Notes under the pieces: generated by a model
The model's input: the letters and a program-made list of their open reading frames with translations, nothing else
Told to the model about the DNA's origin: nothing
The model's database searches: none
Translations under genes and position numbers: made by a program
From: Bacillales bacterium UBA5026
Lineage (GTDB): Bacteria > Bacillota_I > Bacilli_A > RF39 > UBA660
Assembly: GCA_002416285.1 (NCBI GenBank)
Contig: DICM01000030.1
Location: 2,468 to 66,467, forward strand
Reading direction: 5' to 3'
DNA: 64,000 nucleotides
Part shown: in pieces, positions 62,726 to 64,000 of the stretch
Layout: every line of letters begins with the position of its first letter
How positions within the stretch are numbered: position 1 is the stretch's first letter

Positions 62726-63811
62726 GTGAAAAAGAAAGTTTGTGTGTATGCAATTGCTAAAAACGAAAGCCAATTTGTAGATCGTTGGGTAGAGAGTATG
62801 AAAGAAGCTGATCTAATTATCGTTGGTGATACTGGTTCAACGGATGATACTGTAAAAAAACTTAAAAAACTAGGAGTAAAAGTTTATAACATAGAAGTGA
62901 ACCCATGGAGATTCGATAAGGCTAGAAATATGGTATTAGATAAGATTCCAAAAGATGTCGATATTTGTTTATCTGTCGATTTAGATGAAATAGCTACTAA
63001 AGGATGGCGAAAACAAATTGAAGAGTATTGGAAAGATGATACAACTAGATTAAAATATAATTACAACTGGAGTTTTGATGAATATGGGAACCCAGCTGTT
63101 AATTTTTTAATTGAAAAAGCACATAGTAGAACAGGATATAAATGGACGCATCCGGTTCATGAGATATTGGAATATATTGGTGATAAAACTGAGAAAATTG
63201 ATTTAGCCGAAGGATTTGACATCAATCATTACCCTGATAAGACAAAATCTAGAGGAAATTATCTTCCCCTTCTAGAATTATCAGTAGAAGAGGATCCTGA
63301 AGATGATAGAAATATGCATTATCTCGGACGAGAATATATGTACTATGGAAAATGGAATGAATGTATTGACACATTAATTCGACACCTGAACTTAAAAAGA
63401 GCAACATGGAGGGATGAGCGATCAGCATCAATGCGTTTTATCGCAAGGTCTTATATTCATTTAAACCGTCTTGAAGAAGCAAAAATGTGGTATCAAAAAG
63501 CAATTAATGAAACACCATATTTAAGAGAACCATATGTTGAGTTAGCTCAACTTTATTATCGACTGGAAGATTGGGCAAATGTTACATTATATTGTAAGAT
63601 GGCTTTAGAAATAAAAACGCATCCAAAGACTTACATCAATGAACCATTTTGTTGGAATGAAACAATATATGATTTATTATCACTTAGCACATTCTATCAA
63701 GGCAATCAGGAAGAAGCATTAGAATGGTCAAAACAAGCAGTCGAAAGAGCACCTGAGAACGAACGTTTACAAAATAATTACGAAATCATAAAAAGTTCTA
63801 TGGAATCATAG
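62726..63811 (+). CDS. Family 2 glycosyltransferase with C-terminal TPR repeats
   Basis: The N-terminus carries a GT-A fold (VCVYAIAKNESQFVDRW, DLDE DxD-like motif). The C-terminal 160 aa are TPR-like. GGAGG RBS. Confidence 0.75.
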   Translation: MKKKVCVYAIAKNESQFVDRWVESMKEADLIIVGDTGSTDDTVKKLKKLGVKVYNIEVNPWRFDKARNMVLDKIPKDVDICLSVDLDEIATKGWRKQIEEYWKDDTTRLKYNYNWSFDEYGNPAVNFLIEKAHSRTGYKWTHPVHEILEYIGDKTEKIDLAEGFDINHYPDKTKSRGNYLPLLELSVEEDPEDDRNMHYLGREYMYYGKWNECIDTLIRHLNLKRATWRDERSASMRFIARSYIHLNRLEEAKMWYQKAINETPYLREPYVELAQLYYRLEDWANVTLYCKMALEIKTHPKTYINEPFCWNETIYDLLSLSTFYQGNQEEALEWSKQAVERAPENERLQNNYEIIKSSMES

Positions 63812-63843
63812 AACTTTTTTGTGAAAAACATAATCGTTTTTCT

Positions 63844-64000
63844 TTACATCATATCTTCTAGCTTATTATTTGCTTTTTTTACAGTAGAATCCACTACTTT
63901 TTCTACCTTTTTCATCACTGGTTTGTTATATTTTTGATACGCCAAAACGGCTCCAGCACCCATAGCAATTAATGCTACATTTTTACCAATTTTCATCAAA
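63844..64000 (-). CDS. Small membrane protein, partial at the window edge, or a complete 50 aa if the ATG at 63996 is the start
   Basis: Translation reads MKIGKNVALIAMGAGAVLAYQKYNKPVMKKVEKVVDSTVKKANNKLEDMM. The stop TAA lies at 63844-63846. Confidence 0.3.
   Translation of the reverse strand, partial: LMKIGKNVALIAMGAGAVLAYQKYNKPVMKKVEKVVDSTVKKANNKLEDMM

Overview
This is a low-GC Firmicutes chromosomal window, apparently from a spore-former. Gene order follows the Bacillus/Clostridium pattern: murG-murB-divIB-ftsA-ftsZ, spoIIP, lepA...hemW, hrcA-grpE-dnaK-dnaJ, rpsB-tsf. Almost all genes lie on the minus strand. Alongside this housekeeping core sit several accessory modules. (1) A complete Tad/Flp pilus locus (flp, two tadE-like, cpaE/tadZ, tadA, tadB with an Ig-like N-domain, tadC) lies directly upstream of murC. 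(2) A LexA/SOS node includes a divergently transcribed 55-aa membrane peptide that is missing from the ORF track. It has a consensus promoter with a LexA box in the spacer, making it a candidate SOS cell-division inhibitor. (3) A three-gene island sits between lepA and hemW, a normally contiguous pair. It encodes two SpoIIID-like HTH paralogs and a coiled-coil protein behind duplicated consensus promoters. (4) A two-gene cohesin-dockerin module pairs a dockerin-tagged SH3b peptidoglycan glucosaminidase with a membrane-anchored cohesin protein. (5) A BclA-like collagen-repeat gene with 45-bp VNTRs is separated from a GT2-TPR glycosyltransferase by an IS1182-family element. The IS landed on the collagen gene's terminator hairpin and duplicated it as 21-bp direct repeats. 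Other oddities are a ribosomal protein S2 with a Rho_N-like C-terminal tail, a GrpE with a Cys/His-rich N-terminal extension, an RNase J homolog with a degenerate HxHxDH motif, tandem pepF paralogs, and an orphan 516-aa type IV pilin-like protein. No rRNA, tRNA or CRISPR was found.
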